Positions 24,084-36,995 of a stretch of DNA of 64,000 nucleotides are shown piece by piece (within the stretch, counting starts at the first letter, position 1; every line of letters starts with the position of its first letter). Both the position numbers and the translations under genes were made by a program. Source of the DNA: Octopus bimaculoides (Eukaryota); assembly GCF_001194135.2 (NCBI RefSeq), contig NC_068995.1, positions 15,346,916 through 15,410,915 on the forward strand. The letters are read 5' to 3'. The notes under the pieces are model-generated. The model saw only the letters and a program-made list of their open reading frames with translations, searched no databases and was not told where the DNA came from.

Positions 24084-24965
24084 ACGGATTAAGTAACATC
24101 TTTGAGAAAGGATATTAGTAGATGCAGTTCACTGAAGAATTAAGGAAATCCCTAGTGAAAGAAAATAGGATAATGGTAGAGTATTTACTCAAACAACTCT
24201 GCAATTATGTTTGAATTATAAATTATATACCCTAACGTGATACCCCATGTTTTACTTGTTCATCCTCTCTTTCTAGTACATACATACACGCGCGCGCATA
24301 CATCATAAAGATTAACAGCCCGTATTATACAGCATTATATATGCATTTTTGAACATTTAAGCATTTGAATAAATTTTTATTTGAAACAAAGTATATATTA
24401 TCTTCTATCTTCCATGTTATTTGGAGGAGTATCTAACTTCTTTCGAAGATATTAATGATAAAAACGAGGAATTTTAATGTCTACAGTGTTTCATTATACG
24501 CTATTTATATGCATCGCTCTATATGACAAGTGAATGAGAAAGTGTGTGTGTGTCTGCGTGTGTTCTTATGTGCTTATGTGCCACGTGTGTGTGTATGTGT
24601 GCGTGCGTGAGGGAGAGAGAGAATTATTATGAGACAGTGAGACAGAGAGAATAAGAGAGTTGAAGAGAGTGGGGGTGATTAAAAAGAAACTGAAGGAGAA
24701 AAAAAAACCGTTTGACATCATAAACTGACAACGTTTTTGAACCTTGCCCTAACACAACTGTTCTACAACCACTACTTTACAGCTATCTGTCTTTTGACAT
24801 CTTTCTTGAATCTTCTGTTTACCTGAGTCTGACCTCGACCCGGGATTATTTATTTATTCCCATACTTCCATGCATTATTCTGGAATCATAATTTTGGATG
24901 TGTTTGCAAATTTTAGAAAAGATTCGTCGAGAAATTGCGTCGATGTTTAAAAAGAATAAACGGGA

Positions 24966-25331
24966 GCAGGCGTGGTTGTGTGGTAAGAAGCTTGCTTCTC
25001 AACCATCTGGTTCCGAGTTTAGTCCCACTGCGTGGCACCTCGGATAAGTGTCTTCCACTATAGCCTCGGGCCAACCAAAGCCTTGTGAGTGGACTCGTAG
25101 ACGGAAACTGAAAGAAGCCCGTCGTATAAAACATTCAATTTTTTTCTCCGTGTTCTTCTCCTTGTTTTCTCCGTATTCTTTCTGTTGACGAGCATAGCTC
25201 GAAACGTTAAAGACTTTCTGTATTCCCGAGCGTTAAACTCATACATCCTTTTGTTGTTTACACCACCTGTCCTCGTCTGTTGTTGTTTTTTTTCGTAAAT
25301 TCTCCCACATATATATATATANNNNNNNNNN

Positions 25332-25393
<62 letters not shown>

Positions 25394-25650
25394 TATATGT
25401 ATCTATGTGTGTTTGTGTCTGTGTATGTGTGTCTTTGTGGATATGTTTGTTCCTCCACCACTACTTGAAAACCGGTGATAGTATGTTTACGTCCCCGTAA
25501 CTTAGCAGTCCGACACAAAAAAGATCGATAGAATAAATTACCAGGCTTGAAAAGCTATAAATACTGCGGTCGATTTGTTCGACTAAAAATTTCTTCATGG
25601 CTGTGCTCCAGCATGGTCGCAGTCTAGTGACAGAAACAAGCAAGAGATAA
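24966..25650 (+). mobile_element. Family-O SINE interrupted by a Penelope-like end (~25135-25320) in its internal microsatellite
   Basis: Head gcaggcgtggttgtgtggtaagaagc..., body ends gaagcccgtcgtata; insert follows; tail resumes after (TA)n at ~25400. Confidence 0.75.
25177..25213 (+). ncRNA. Minimal hammerhead-like motif (Penelope-type), variant core
   Basis: Stem I tcttt/aaaga; CUGUUGA+c; stem II gagc-aua-gcuc; GAA; palindromic ACGU stem III; H17=U. A6 replaced by U. Confidence 0.5.
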
Positions 25651-28242
25651 AAAAATAAATAAACGATGTCGCTTATAGATTTAGACAACGCTTATGTAGA
25701 CATAAACAACGAAGACCGGTTACGTTAAAACATCATGCAAAGGATCACGTTTAGATTCTAAAACATCTTGATCATAAAACCGTTTTATTGTGTAGACTTA
25801 GGTTAGCTATAATCGAAAAGAGTTTCTTTCAAAAGAGTTCCATCTGTGACCATCTCGACTGTTGAATTACTTAGAACTACATTGTCCAATGCGCCCAATT
25901 TTTAAAGTAGGTTGCGATCTGACGTAGATTTGGCTTCCGTTTCTAACATGTCAGACGACAGCGTAGAGATGATAAATGTTTTTAATAACGGGTTTGACTT
26001 AAGATCGAATCAATAGAAATTTTCATTTTATTGCAAATATTTTAGTGACGTGAATAGAAAGAGTTTTAAGTAGATTCAACAATCAATTAAGACTTTGATA
26101 CATTTTAAAGTTAAAGTTGACCGAGAAGTATTAATAAAACAGAAATTGTGAACAAACCGTTGGAGGCATTGATGGCGTTGATGTTGGCAGTGATAGCTGC
26201 AGTGCTGCTGCTGCTGCTGCTGCTGCTAGTGTTGTTTTTGTTGTTGTTGTTGTTGTTGGTGGTTTAGTGTCCTGTAGTTATGTATCGGTTTGGAAATAGG
26301 ACGAAAGCCGTATTAAAGTTATTAATAAATGGCGAGATAACTTGACTGAATAAACAGGTCGACCAAGGTTACTTTTAAGATATTAAAAGCAACATAAAGA
26401 TATAGGTGTTTCAGTTGGTCCCGAGATTATATATATATATTTATACATACATACATACATACATATATATATACACATATATAACAGAGAGTACTCTTCA
26501 TTTCCCGATGAATTACCTATATAGTTTCACCTTTTGCACTTGTATTTGACCGGGTAAGTCTACCACTTGGGATTCTATTGAGTATCCTCTCCAACGTTCT
26601 TCTCACAGTTTCACCACTCTACCAATTGCTACTTCTTTCTATTTGCTCATAACCGTAAGGTCATGGGTTCGATTTCTGAACTAGGTTATGCTTTATGTCT
26701 TCGAGCGAGATACTTCACTCTAATCTGCTCATTTGAAACTAGGCGCCAGCAATAGTTGTGGATTAACCCTGGTTTCTGGTGGCCTGTTCAGAGTAGGTTA
26801 TGTGCTCTCTGTCATCTAAATACTTTGAAAACCGAGTTAAACTCTGGCCTAAAGAAGCCAAGGACCCAAGACTGACTTTAACGCTCTTCTTGGATGCTGT
26901 TTGTAGAATTTACTCAATGACAGCAGCCGAACCCTTTCCCCTGGTCCTCTCTCGATTGACGATATTTCCTGCAGTCATTGACCTACAAGTATACAGTTTG
27001 GGCATTGATTGTATTAGTCACATCAATCGGTGGTGCTGGTGGTGAGGTTTGCACGCGCTATAAGCACTTTTTCTTCCCTCTTGATTAACTTCTGGAAATG
27101 TAATTGCTTCTCCACTCTCTTCGGATCTCTGTCGGTGAATGTTGATAATTTATCTACGCCTGTATGTGTAGAACTGAGCAAGATTTTTTTGTATGTTTTA
27201 GACTGACGGTTGACCTTCTATGTAAGTCTTCTCTCCACGCTACCGATGTTGTTCAAGAGATAGACCGCCGCCTTGGGTTAAAATTGTTTGGCAACAGTGC
27301 CGTGGTAGATGTTGTCATCAAAACGCAAAGAGTCGGAACAGATTCTATTTAGTATCCTCTCCAACGCTATCATAGTTTCGCAACTCTACCAATTGCTACC
27401 TCTTTATTCAAAGACAAAGTTGATCGCGGCAAGATTTGAGCTTACAGAGCAGACAATTGCAACAAATATCACGAGACCTTCTATCCAGCGTTCTAACGAC
27501 TCTGCTAATTCATTGCATTCATACTCCAATGACATAGATAAATTATTTGCTTTTTGATTCTTCGATGAAAAACTTTGCTCGAAACGTCTGATACTTTCGT
27601 TCTTTACAGCTACACAAGTCTACCTTAGTTTTCCATTTACTATTGATTCTTTTCTGTCGCAGGCCACTACTAATTTCCATGATATTTGATTATCACTTTA
27701 AGATAGATCTGAATAAATAATCAGTAAAGAAAGACAACATTTATCCACGCGATAAATCCTTTGTTGATGATAACAAATATTTCTCAGTTCGTCACACTAA
27801 AATGGTTCGCTAAAATGCTTTATTCACATTTGATTCCATTTGTAAAAGTAAATTTCTACATAAATTGAAGGTAATATGTGTCAGAATAATAGAAACTAAA
27901 TAAGTTCTACTTCTTCTTTTGTGAATCAATCAAATTGCAATGTTTCAGTTGGCATCGTTTTCTCTCCGTACTTGTTCCCGTGGTAACACTCAACTGCAAT
28001 TAACCTTCGGTCTTGTATGTTTATCATAGACATTGCGAGTTTCTATTTGTCTGTAGTTAAAAGATGAGGCCTTTTGTTTGTTAATTCAGACGGTAAGAGT
28101 GAAAGAGAGATAGATAGATAAATAGATAGAGAGATACAGAGAGGGAGGAGGTGAGAGAGAACGAAATGTATAGAGAGGAAAAGAGTGAACAAAAGATAGA
28201 GATGGGAGAGAGAGGACGTAAGAGATAGAAATAAAGAGGACG

Positions 28243-28319
<77 letters not shown>

Positions 28320-28781
28320 GAAAGAGGTAGATGGAAAGATAGACAGACTAATAGATAGATAGTGAGAGAGAGAACGAAAGTTAAAGAGAGGGAAAGAGTG
28401 AACAAAATAGAGAGATAGAGGGAGAAAGGCTGAAAGAGATAGAGTGAAAGAAGGAGAAAAGAGAAAACGAAAAAGAGAGGACGAAAAAGAGAGAGAAGAG
28501 AAGGAGATATAGGCTGAAAGAGAGATAGGCCGAAAGAGAGAAACTGCAAAGGAGAACGAACGAAAGCGAGAACGAGAGAGATAGAAAAAGAGGACGAAAA
28601 TTAAAGATAGGAAGAGAGAAAGAAAATGAGCATTAGAGAAACCTGTGTTCGTTTCCTATGAGGAAATCTCTCGGGAATAAAGGTTTCGAAAGTGGAGTAT
28701 AATCGTATTTAGTTAAAGAATGATCTATGAGAGGTTATAACATGAAGAAATGCCTATACTTTTATCGACACATACATGCAC

Positions 28782-28861
<80 letters not shown>

Positions 28862-29219
28862 TCACACACACACACAAATATATATACATACACACAATAT
28901 CTATAAATACAAAAATAAGAAAACTTCATTTGATCTCATATTTCTAGTTTATCGCTTAGTCAGGTGGAAAAGCAACGCCGATGACCCTTCCCAGGGCCTC
29001 CGAGACCGACAGAAGGAAGAGTGAGGGGGAAATTATCCTCAAATCGGAGATCTGAATCGAAAGCTTGCAACAGAATGAATTCCTCGGCTAAAGGTGTCCA
29101 AGGGACAAGTGTTGGTGTTAAACCGGGCGGCAGATTAAGTCTCTTATTCAGGCAGAACACGGTGGGACTTGAACGCGTAACGCATATGTATGTATGTATG
29201 TATGTCCTCCCTGCAATAC

Positions 29220-29425
29220 AGGCTCATGAAGCTGGTGTCGCGGATTCTGAGGAACATATATCTCCCTATTGGATGGGACGTTAATCCCTCTTAGAATGAC
29301 TCTCTTTTGCCGATTGACTGAACTGGAGCAACTTCAAGCACACAACACACCGTCTTATGCAGGAATCGAAACCGCAATCCTACGATAGCGAGTGCAACAC
29401 CCTAACCACTAAGCCACCCGCCTCC
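29220..29425 (-). mobile_element. CORE-type tRNA-SINE
   Basis: Minus-strand head ggaggcgggtggcttagtggttagggtgttgcactcg...ggtttcgattcctg, then cttgaagttgctccagttcagtca. Confidence 0.65.
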
Positions 29426-29557
29426 ACGTATTTCGTAGTGGTACTGGTTATATCAGACACACACACGCACACACAGAGCTGAACACGCGCGCGCGCACAC
29501 ACACATACACGCGCACACACGCAAAACACTCGCATACATACTTGTATATAGACACAC

Positions 29558-29604
<47 letters not shown>

Positions 29605-29624
29605 CATACTACTTTACTGTTTTA

Positions 29625-30325
29625 CTCTTTGACTTGTTTCAATCATTTGATTGCAGCCATGTTTGGGCACCGCCTTGCAGGGATTTTGCCGAAGAAATCT
29701 ATCCCAGGACTTATTCTTTTTAAGCCTAGTACTTATTCTATCAGTNNNNNNNNNNNNNNNNNNNNNNNNNNNNNNNNNNNNNNNNNNNNNNNNNNNNNNN
29801 NNNNNNNNNNNNNNNNNNNNNNNNNNNNNNNNNNNNNNNNNNNNNNNNNNNNNNNNNNNNNNNNNNNNNNNNNNNNNNNNNNNNNNNNNNNNNNNNNNNN
29901 NNNNNNNNNNNNNNNNNNNNNNNNNNNNNNNNNNNNNNNNNNNNNNNNNNNNNNNNNNNNNNNNNNNNNNNNNNNNNNNNNNNNNNNNNNNNNNNNNNNN
30001 NNNNNNNNNNNNNNNNNNNNNNNNNNNNNNNNNNNNNNNNTTGCCGAACCGCTAAGTTACGGGGACGTAAACAGACCAGCATCGGTTGTCAAGCGATGTT
30101 GGGGGGACAAACACAGACACACAAACATATACACACACATATATACATATATATACATATATACGATAGGCTTCTTTCAGTTTCCGTCTACCAAATCCAC
30201 TCACAAGGCTTCGGTCGGCCCGTGGCTATAGTAGAAGACACTTGCCCAAGGTGCCACGCAGTGGGAATGAACCCGAAACCATGTGGTTGGTAAGCAAGCT
30301 ACTTACCACACAGCCACTCCTGCGC
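29625..30325 (-). mobile_element. Family-O SINE spanning an assembly gap
   Basis: Tail at 29625-29745, body and head at 30041-30325 (aggcgcaggagtggctgtgtggtaagtagc). Confidence 0.8.
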
Positions 30326-32134
30326 CTGTATATATATATATATATAGCATTTGTTCTGTGCTTGCGCAATGTAATTAAGTGTTCCTCTGAAGAATCATTA
30401 TGGATCTTCATCCACATCCTCAATGGACACTCACTTCAGTGAATGCAAATAACCAAAATGAAGCAAAGTGCGTAGTATAGAAATGGTATTAAATCTACCT
30501 TCTTTAGCATACTTTTTCCAACACACACACACACACACACACAACACTCTCATATATGCACGTCGGTAGGAATGAGCACGTGTGCTCAATAACAGTACCA
30601 AAATTGCTGATTTCTTTTTTCCATTAACCAGTATTTCTAAGCTTCATAAGTACCGTGGAGAGGCAGCAGCTCTGCCAAAAAGCGCTCACCTTAGGATACA
30701 CTTGATGAAAACGAAGAGAAACGATGGATACACTAATCTCAGTTTGAAATAGCTCTTTCATAAAACTGGGTTCCACATTTGTCAACTGGCAACAATACCA
30801 CTTTAATTTATAATCTCAGCTGGATGAAATCAAATTATGATGTTATTTACATAATGGATTGGTGAAAAAAGAAAAAAAAATGCGAGAAAAAGAAATTAAA
30901 TACAATTATATTATGGCAACACATTTTTAGTTCTCTCTCGCTTGCTTCACAGTTTTTCAAAAATCTCGAGCAATCTAACTGTCAGAATTTGTTTCGGTAG
31001 AAAATGTTTTAATGTTTCTTCAGAAAAAAATGTTCAAATAAAATCACATGCAGTTGTTGTATATTTACATTCACACACACACACACACGCACGCAAACAC
31101 GCACACATTTATATATATACATCCACATTTATATATACATCCACATCTACACATGCACATACATATACACATGCGTACACAAACAAGTACACACAAGCAT
31201 AGATGTGTACATACAAACATACATACAGACAAATACAGACTGACATGCATACATGCATACATACATACATACACACATATATACATGCATGCATACATAC
31301 ATACATACATACACACATATATACATACATACATACATACATCGGTGCATGCATAATTTGATTATAAATTCTCATTTGTACCTATCATCATGGGTACATT
31401 AGGTTATGTGCCAACAAATTTACACAAATTCTTTGAAATACTAGGTTTTCCGAAGAAAGAGAATTCTCCAAATATAATTTATTAATGGCCTAGTGAATAT
31501 TTGTAAGATATTCCAAAGATTCTCCATCTGATATTCTTTAGGTGAATATATGCGCACACTTGGGTGTATGCTTCGACTGTTTAACGGACACATCAACTCA
31601 ACCACATAGTTACAAACACCGGGAACTCTCTGAACTCAAAATGTCGTCTCTTTATTCGTGACGGCTTGGACTCTCTTAAGAATTTAAATAAAACTTAAAG
31701 AAAATACATACATACATATATACATATACAGAATGCTAAGATGTTCACAAAGTGCGGAGTTCGATTCCTGGAGCGTATAATGAGTCATGTTCATTAATAA
31801 GATACTTCATTTCCCTTTGTTCCAGTCTACTCAGCACTCTCTCCCTGCAGCGCTCACATCCTAGATGTTCGGTCGGATTAAGGTAGGAGGGCCGAGAGGA
31901 AACCTGAAACACCCTCGATTCAGAGTGACAGGTGTTGTTAATTACCGAAATATTAAGAGGTGTTACTAAAATTCGCAATTAGTTGATTAGTTGAAAAAAC
32001 AGACTTTAAATAAAATTAAATCAATAAAAAATATATTCCAGTTTAATGATTTTTTCTGAAACGTTGTACACAAAACGAATGCTATATTAAAAGAAATACA
32101 AAAGTTACTATGATATTATTAGTTGACATGGTTA

Positions 32135-32515
32135 GTCCACTTTACTCTGTAAGGAGCATAGGACTGGTTTCCGGGTTTCTCTGGCGTATCGCTGACAGAT
32201 CATTTAAATTTTTACATGATAGTCTCTCCCGTTGAAGATGGCATATGAGCGTTCAGCTTGTGCCGAACGACCGGCGCAAATGATTTGTTTATAGTGATCA
32301 AAAGTTCGTGTCACGTATTAGCTCACTCCCTCCATCAAATTGACGTTGCCTGGACAGGTATACTGTGTACCAGACGTCAGCTGTCAACGTGATCGCAGAG
32401 TAACGTGAGATGAAGTGTTTTGCTCAAGAACACAACGTACCACCCGGTCTAGGAATTGAAATCACGATCGCTAGATCGTGAGTGCAACACTCTAACCACT
32501 AGGCCATGCACCCTC
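32135..32515 (-). mobile_element. CORE-type tRNA-SINE with long tail
   Basis: Minus-strand head gggtgcatggcctagtggttagagtgttgcactcacg...ttcaattcc; CORE ttcttgagcaaaacacttcatctcacgttactctgcg. Confidence 0.7.
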
Positions 32516-32554
32516 ACATTTTCACATATTGGTAGAGTAACTGTTACTCTTTAG

Positions 32555-33292
32555 TAATGCTTCTCCCTGTTTTCTTCCTATGGAAATAATGGGTCCCAAG
32601 CAGAAGCACGTGTCATCATTGACATCTTAACGATGAGAGAACGCAGGATGTCCAGCATTCACAGATCGTTTACGACAATGATACTTTTGACAAGAGCAAT
32701 GTACACAGATGGATGAAGAAGTATAAAGAAGGAGAAACTAGCATTGGAAACAAAAAATGCAGTAGAAGTCCGCCAACTTCGGGAACTAACAAGACTCGCC
32801 AGCGAGTGGATGGATTGATTCATGTCACCAGACGAATCATAATCTGTGAGGTGAAGGTAAAGCCTACCCTCCGGTCATGAGTGACCATGGGATTGCACTT
32901 AGGAAATTCCCCTCCGAGGTACAAGTCCGGGCAAGGTTGTTTATGGAAGACCAACAGTCACTCATGCATACCAGTCTCCTCTCTCCACGCCACTGGTGTT
33001 ATCCAAAGCAAAGGCCGATACAGCTTGGCATCAATGACGTCACAACTCGTTCCTACAGCTGAGTGAACTGGAGCAACGTGAAATAAGGTGTCTTGCTCAA
33101 GAACACAACACACAGCTCGGTCCGGAAATCGAACTCGCTACTCTATGATTGTGAGCCTGACGCTCTAGCCACTGAGCCAGGCGCCTTCCCAATCTGTGAG
33201 CTTTTTTGTACTACGAAATAGTGGTCACAATGCTTTACTAAAGATGGTGGAAACCTTTGGGTATCAGAAAGTGTGTGCAGAGTGATCACCTC
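32555..33292 (+). mobile_element. mariner transposase N-terminal remnant (HTH to WVPR region), split by a SINE
   Basis: ...YDNDTFDKSNVHRWMKKYKEGETSIGNKKCSRSPPTSGTNKTRQRVDGLIHVTRRIIICE|LFVLRNSGHNALLKMVETFGYQKVCAE*SPR, typical of the mariner RW..F..G.....RSGRP...LGYRKVCARWVPR region. Confidence 0.8.
32851..33190 (-). mobile_element. Full-length CORE-type tRNA-SINE with 10-bp TSD
   Basis: TSD aatctgtgag at 32841-32850 and 33191-33200. Head gaaggcgcctggctcagtggctagagcg, B-box gagttcgatttcc, CORE ttgagcaagacaccttatttcacgttgctccagttcactcagctg. Confidence 0.9.
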
Positions 33293-34084
33293 GGTACATG
33301 ATTTGAAAGCAAGAAGATCGGAAGTCTTTTCTGATCTGCTGGAAACTTGAGCTCTGCAGCATTCATATTATTCTGTCAAATGCAATGCTTTTGTATTCAC
33401 ATCATTTAAAATTAATCATGCATTATTTCATAGCTTTGAACATTTGATAACGTGATTGTTTATTTTTAAAATGTCACTGCATGGAAAGTGTGAGAAGCCA
33501 GATCTAACCAGTTTCAAAATGAAACAAGTAAAATATTTTCACCAGATATGCTTAGTCTAAATGCTAAAAGGTTTAAGTCTATAAAACAAACGACATTCTT
33601 TTCGATCTGGTGGCAGGATAAAACATTGGTGAGTTAAGGAGATGATGCAGAACTTTTCCTGGAAGCTATTAAAATAAAATTCATGAGTAAAACTACAAGG
33701 ATCGTCAAGTATAAAATTGATTTTAATTATATTTTATATCACAGGTGGCCACCAAAATTTTGTGTATTACTAAATTAAGTACACCAGCAATACTTAGTAT
33801 GGCAGCGGTTTTTCAATTATAAACGTGCTGTACATATATGCCTGACGGATATATAGGAGAAATGTGTGCAATTACATATGTATGTTCATGCATTTGTGTG
33901 TATGTATGGGTGTATGTATATATGTGTATGCATATTTATATGCAAGCTTTTAGTCTGAGAATATTTTTATGTGTTTGTGTGTGTACGTTTGTGAGTGTAC
34001 ATTTGTGTGTGTGTGTATATATATATATATATGTGCGCGCGTGTGTTTGTTAGCGTATGTTTGTATGTATGCATGTACCTTTCA

Positions 34085-34585
34085 TCTTTTACTTGTTTCA
34101 GTCATTCGACTGTGCCCATGATGGAGCACCACCTTGAAGGGTTTAGTCGAACAAATCAACCCAAATATTTTCTTTTAGAGTCTGGTATTTAGTCTCTCGA
34201 ACTCTCTTTGTCGAACCGCAAGTTTACTATCAACATTTTTCAAGACACACACACACACACTGATATATATATATATATANNNNNNNNNNNNNNNNNNNNN
34301 NNNNNNNNNNNNNNNNNNNNNNNNNNNNNNNNNNNNNNNNNNNNNNNNNNNNNNNNNNNNNNNNNNNNNNNNNNNNNNNNNNNNNNNNNNNNNNNNNNNN
34401 NNNNNNNNNNNNNNNNNNNNNNATATATACGACGGGATTCTTTCAGTTTTCATCGGTCAAATCAACAAGCAAAGCTTTGGTCGGCTCGGAGTTATACTAG
34501 AAAACATTTTCACAAGGTGCCAAGCAGTGGCACTGAACTCAGAACCACGCTGTTGGATACCAAACTCTTTATCACGCATCCCATG
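34085..34585 (-). mobile_element. Family-O SINE spanning a gap
   Basis: Reverse complement of family-O tail (34085-34240) and body/head (34425-34585). Confidence 0.7.
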
Positions 34586-34695
34586 TCTGCGTGTATGTAT
34601 GTGCTTGCATTTTTAAGTATATGCATATATGTCCATATATTTATGCATGCTTGCTTATATACACACATATATACATACATGCATGCATACATATA

Positions 34696-34735
<40 letters not shown>

Positions 34736-35375
34736 GCATAAATATATGCATATAGATATGTGAGTGTATTTGTGTATATGATGTGCGTATGTGTTTGTGG
34801 AGCGTCGGCAGCGGGGGTTATGAGGTCAGTAAAACTAGTCTGTGACGGCTAACTGAAATTCTAGACACCGTACTGTATAACAACAAACGACTGAAAGCCG
34901 TTTTGAAGACCAAGATTAATTGAATCAGATATTTTCTAATTTCAAACAGAACAATAAATTTAAATAAAAAAACACATGTATTATCCCAGACAGACAATAT
35001 TACCGAGATTACACAGTTTCGATTTATGAAAATAAACAAAATCTTCTCTTCAGGTTCTTGCAATTTTCCAAATAAATAAATTTAGAAGTTTTCTGATAAT
35101 GCAAGAAATCAATTGCCTGAACTCGAGCAAGTATTTGCAATATCGGAAATACTGCGGACTTAGCACATATGCGCATATGTTCATAAATGTTCGGATAAAT
35201 GGTTAAACTAACGGAAGCTAGAGCAATAAAAACTGATACATATATATATATATATATATATATATCTTGTTTATATTCTCTTATTATTAAGAATTAAAAA
35301 TATATAAGCACATGTGGAAACACGGAAATTTTCGGACGAATGGTTAAACTAACGGAAGCCAGGGTAATAAAAACT

Positions 35376-35428
<53 letters not shown>

Positions 35429-36314
35429 NNNNNNNNNNNNNNNNNNNNNNNNNNNNNNNNNNNNNNNNNNNNNNNNNNNNNNNNNNNNNNNNNNNNNNNN
35501 NNNNNNNNNNNNNNNNNNNNNNNNNNNNNNNNNNNNNNNNNNNNNNNNNNNNNNNNNNNNNNNNNNNNNNNNNNNNNNNNNNNNNNNNNNNNNNNNNNNN
35601 NNNNNNNNNNNNNNNNNNNNNNNNNNNNNNNNNNNNNNNNNNNNNNNNNNNNNNNNNNNNNNNNNNNNNNNNNNNNNNNNNNNNNNNNNNNNNNNNNNNN
35701 NNNNNNNNNNNNNNNNNNNNNNNNNNNNNNNNNNNNNNNNNNNNNNNNNNNNNNNNNNNNNNNNNNNNNNNNNNNNNNNNNNNNNATATATATATATATA
35801 TATATATCAAAAGGATATGTTATGATACTATTCCGTATATACAAATCAGCCATACCAACAATTCTACATACTCCATCATCAGCTGCCCCACGGATATCAT
35901 TATGGTTTCGACACCTGGGCAGTATCATTTAATCCGGCGGTGTCAACAGCACTAAAATGATTGTTGTTTGGGAACAAACAAAGCAAAGAAGTCACAACTT
36001 CCAAACACATTTATCCTCTGTACAACCATATCGGTAAATAAATTCAACCGGTGTTGACAACCGGTGTTGATGTGGTTACGTCGACACAACTTGGCAGTTC
36101 AGCAAAAGTGATCGGTAGAATAAGTATCAGGTTTAAAAGAACTATAATTACTGAGGTCGATCCATTTGACTAAAAATTCTTCAAGGCGGTACACCAGCAT
36201 GGCTGCAGTCTAATGATTGGAACAAGTAAAAGGTTAAATATATATATATATATATATACGTATATATAAGTTTGCTTATATATATAAGTATGTATATATA
36301 TATATAAGTATGTT

Positions 36315-36361
<47 letters not shown>

Positions 36362-36432
36362 NNNNNNNNNNTGCACTGCTTGTAAGAAATAAACTTGTCT
36401 GCAAATAATTTCACATGTGTATTCTGTAGATT

Positions 36433-36489
<57 letters not shown>

Positions 36490-36995
36490 CAGAGAGAGAG
36501 AGGGAGAGAGAGAGAGAGGGAGAGAGAGAGATAGAGAGAGAAAGAGAGAGAGAGAGATAGAGAGAGAGAGAGATAGAGAGCTGCAATAGTTGTTGCTTCA
36601 GACAGAAGAAAACGAAAACACTGAAGGAAATTCTTAATTATGAATCATTAAATCTATTACAGCAACACTATTAACCTTCTGATTTATTTAGACAACTCCC
36701 GGGATGAACAGAGAGATTGTGTCACGATGAATGTTGGTTACTCAGTTAGTTAGTGAATATTTTATAACCATTTCCTGTTGGACGAGACAAATCTTGTTTA
36801 TATTCTCGTATTATTAAGAATTAAAAATATATATGCACATGTGGAAACACGGAAATATTCACTCAAGTATGGCGTATGCAAAGAATAGTTCAGTGCAAAC
36901 TAATATATATTTTAGAATGAGTAAAAAAAACAAAAAACAAAAAAACAGGGTTGTCTGCTTCTCATTAATTTTACAATTAACTAGGTTTTAATATA

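Noticed and set aside
24821-24890. Strong minus-strand donor CAG|GTAAAC
   Set aside because: All upstream frames closed and no convincing acceptor.
26565-27405. ~65-bp direct repeats around a GC-richer 700 bp, possible LTRs
   Set aside because: The repeats resemble reversed SINE heads; no TG..CA, PBS or PPT. The internal ORFs (26800-27045, 27164-27352) are unrecognised.
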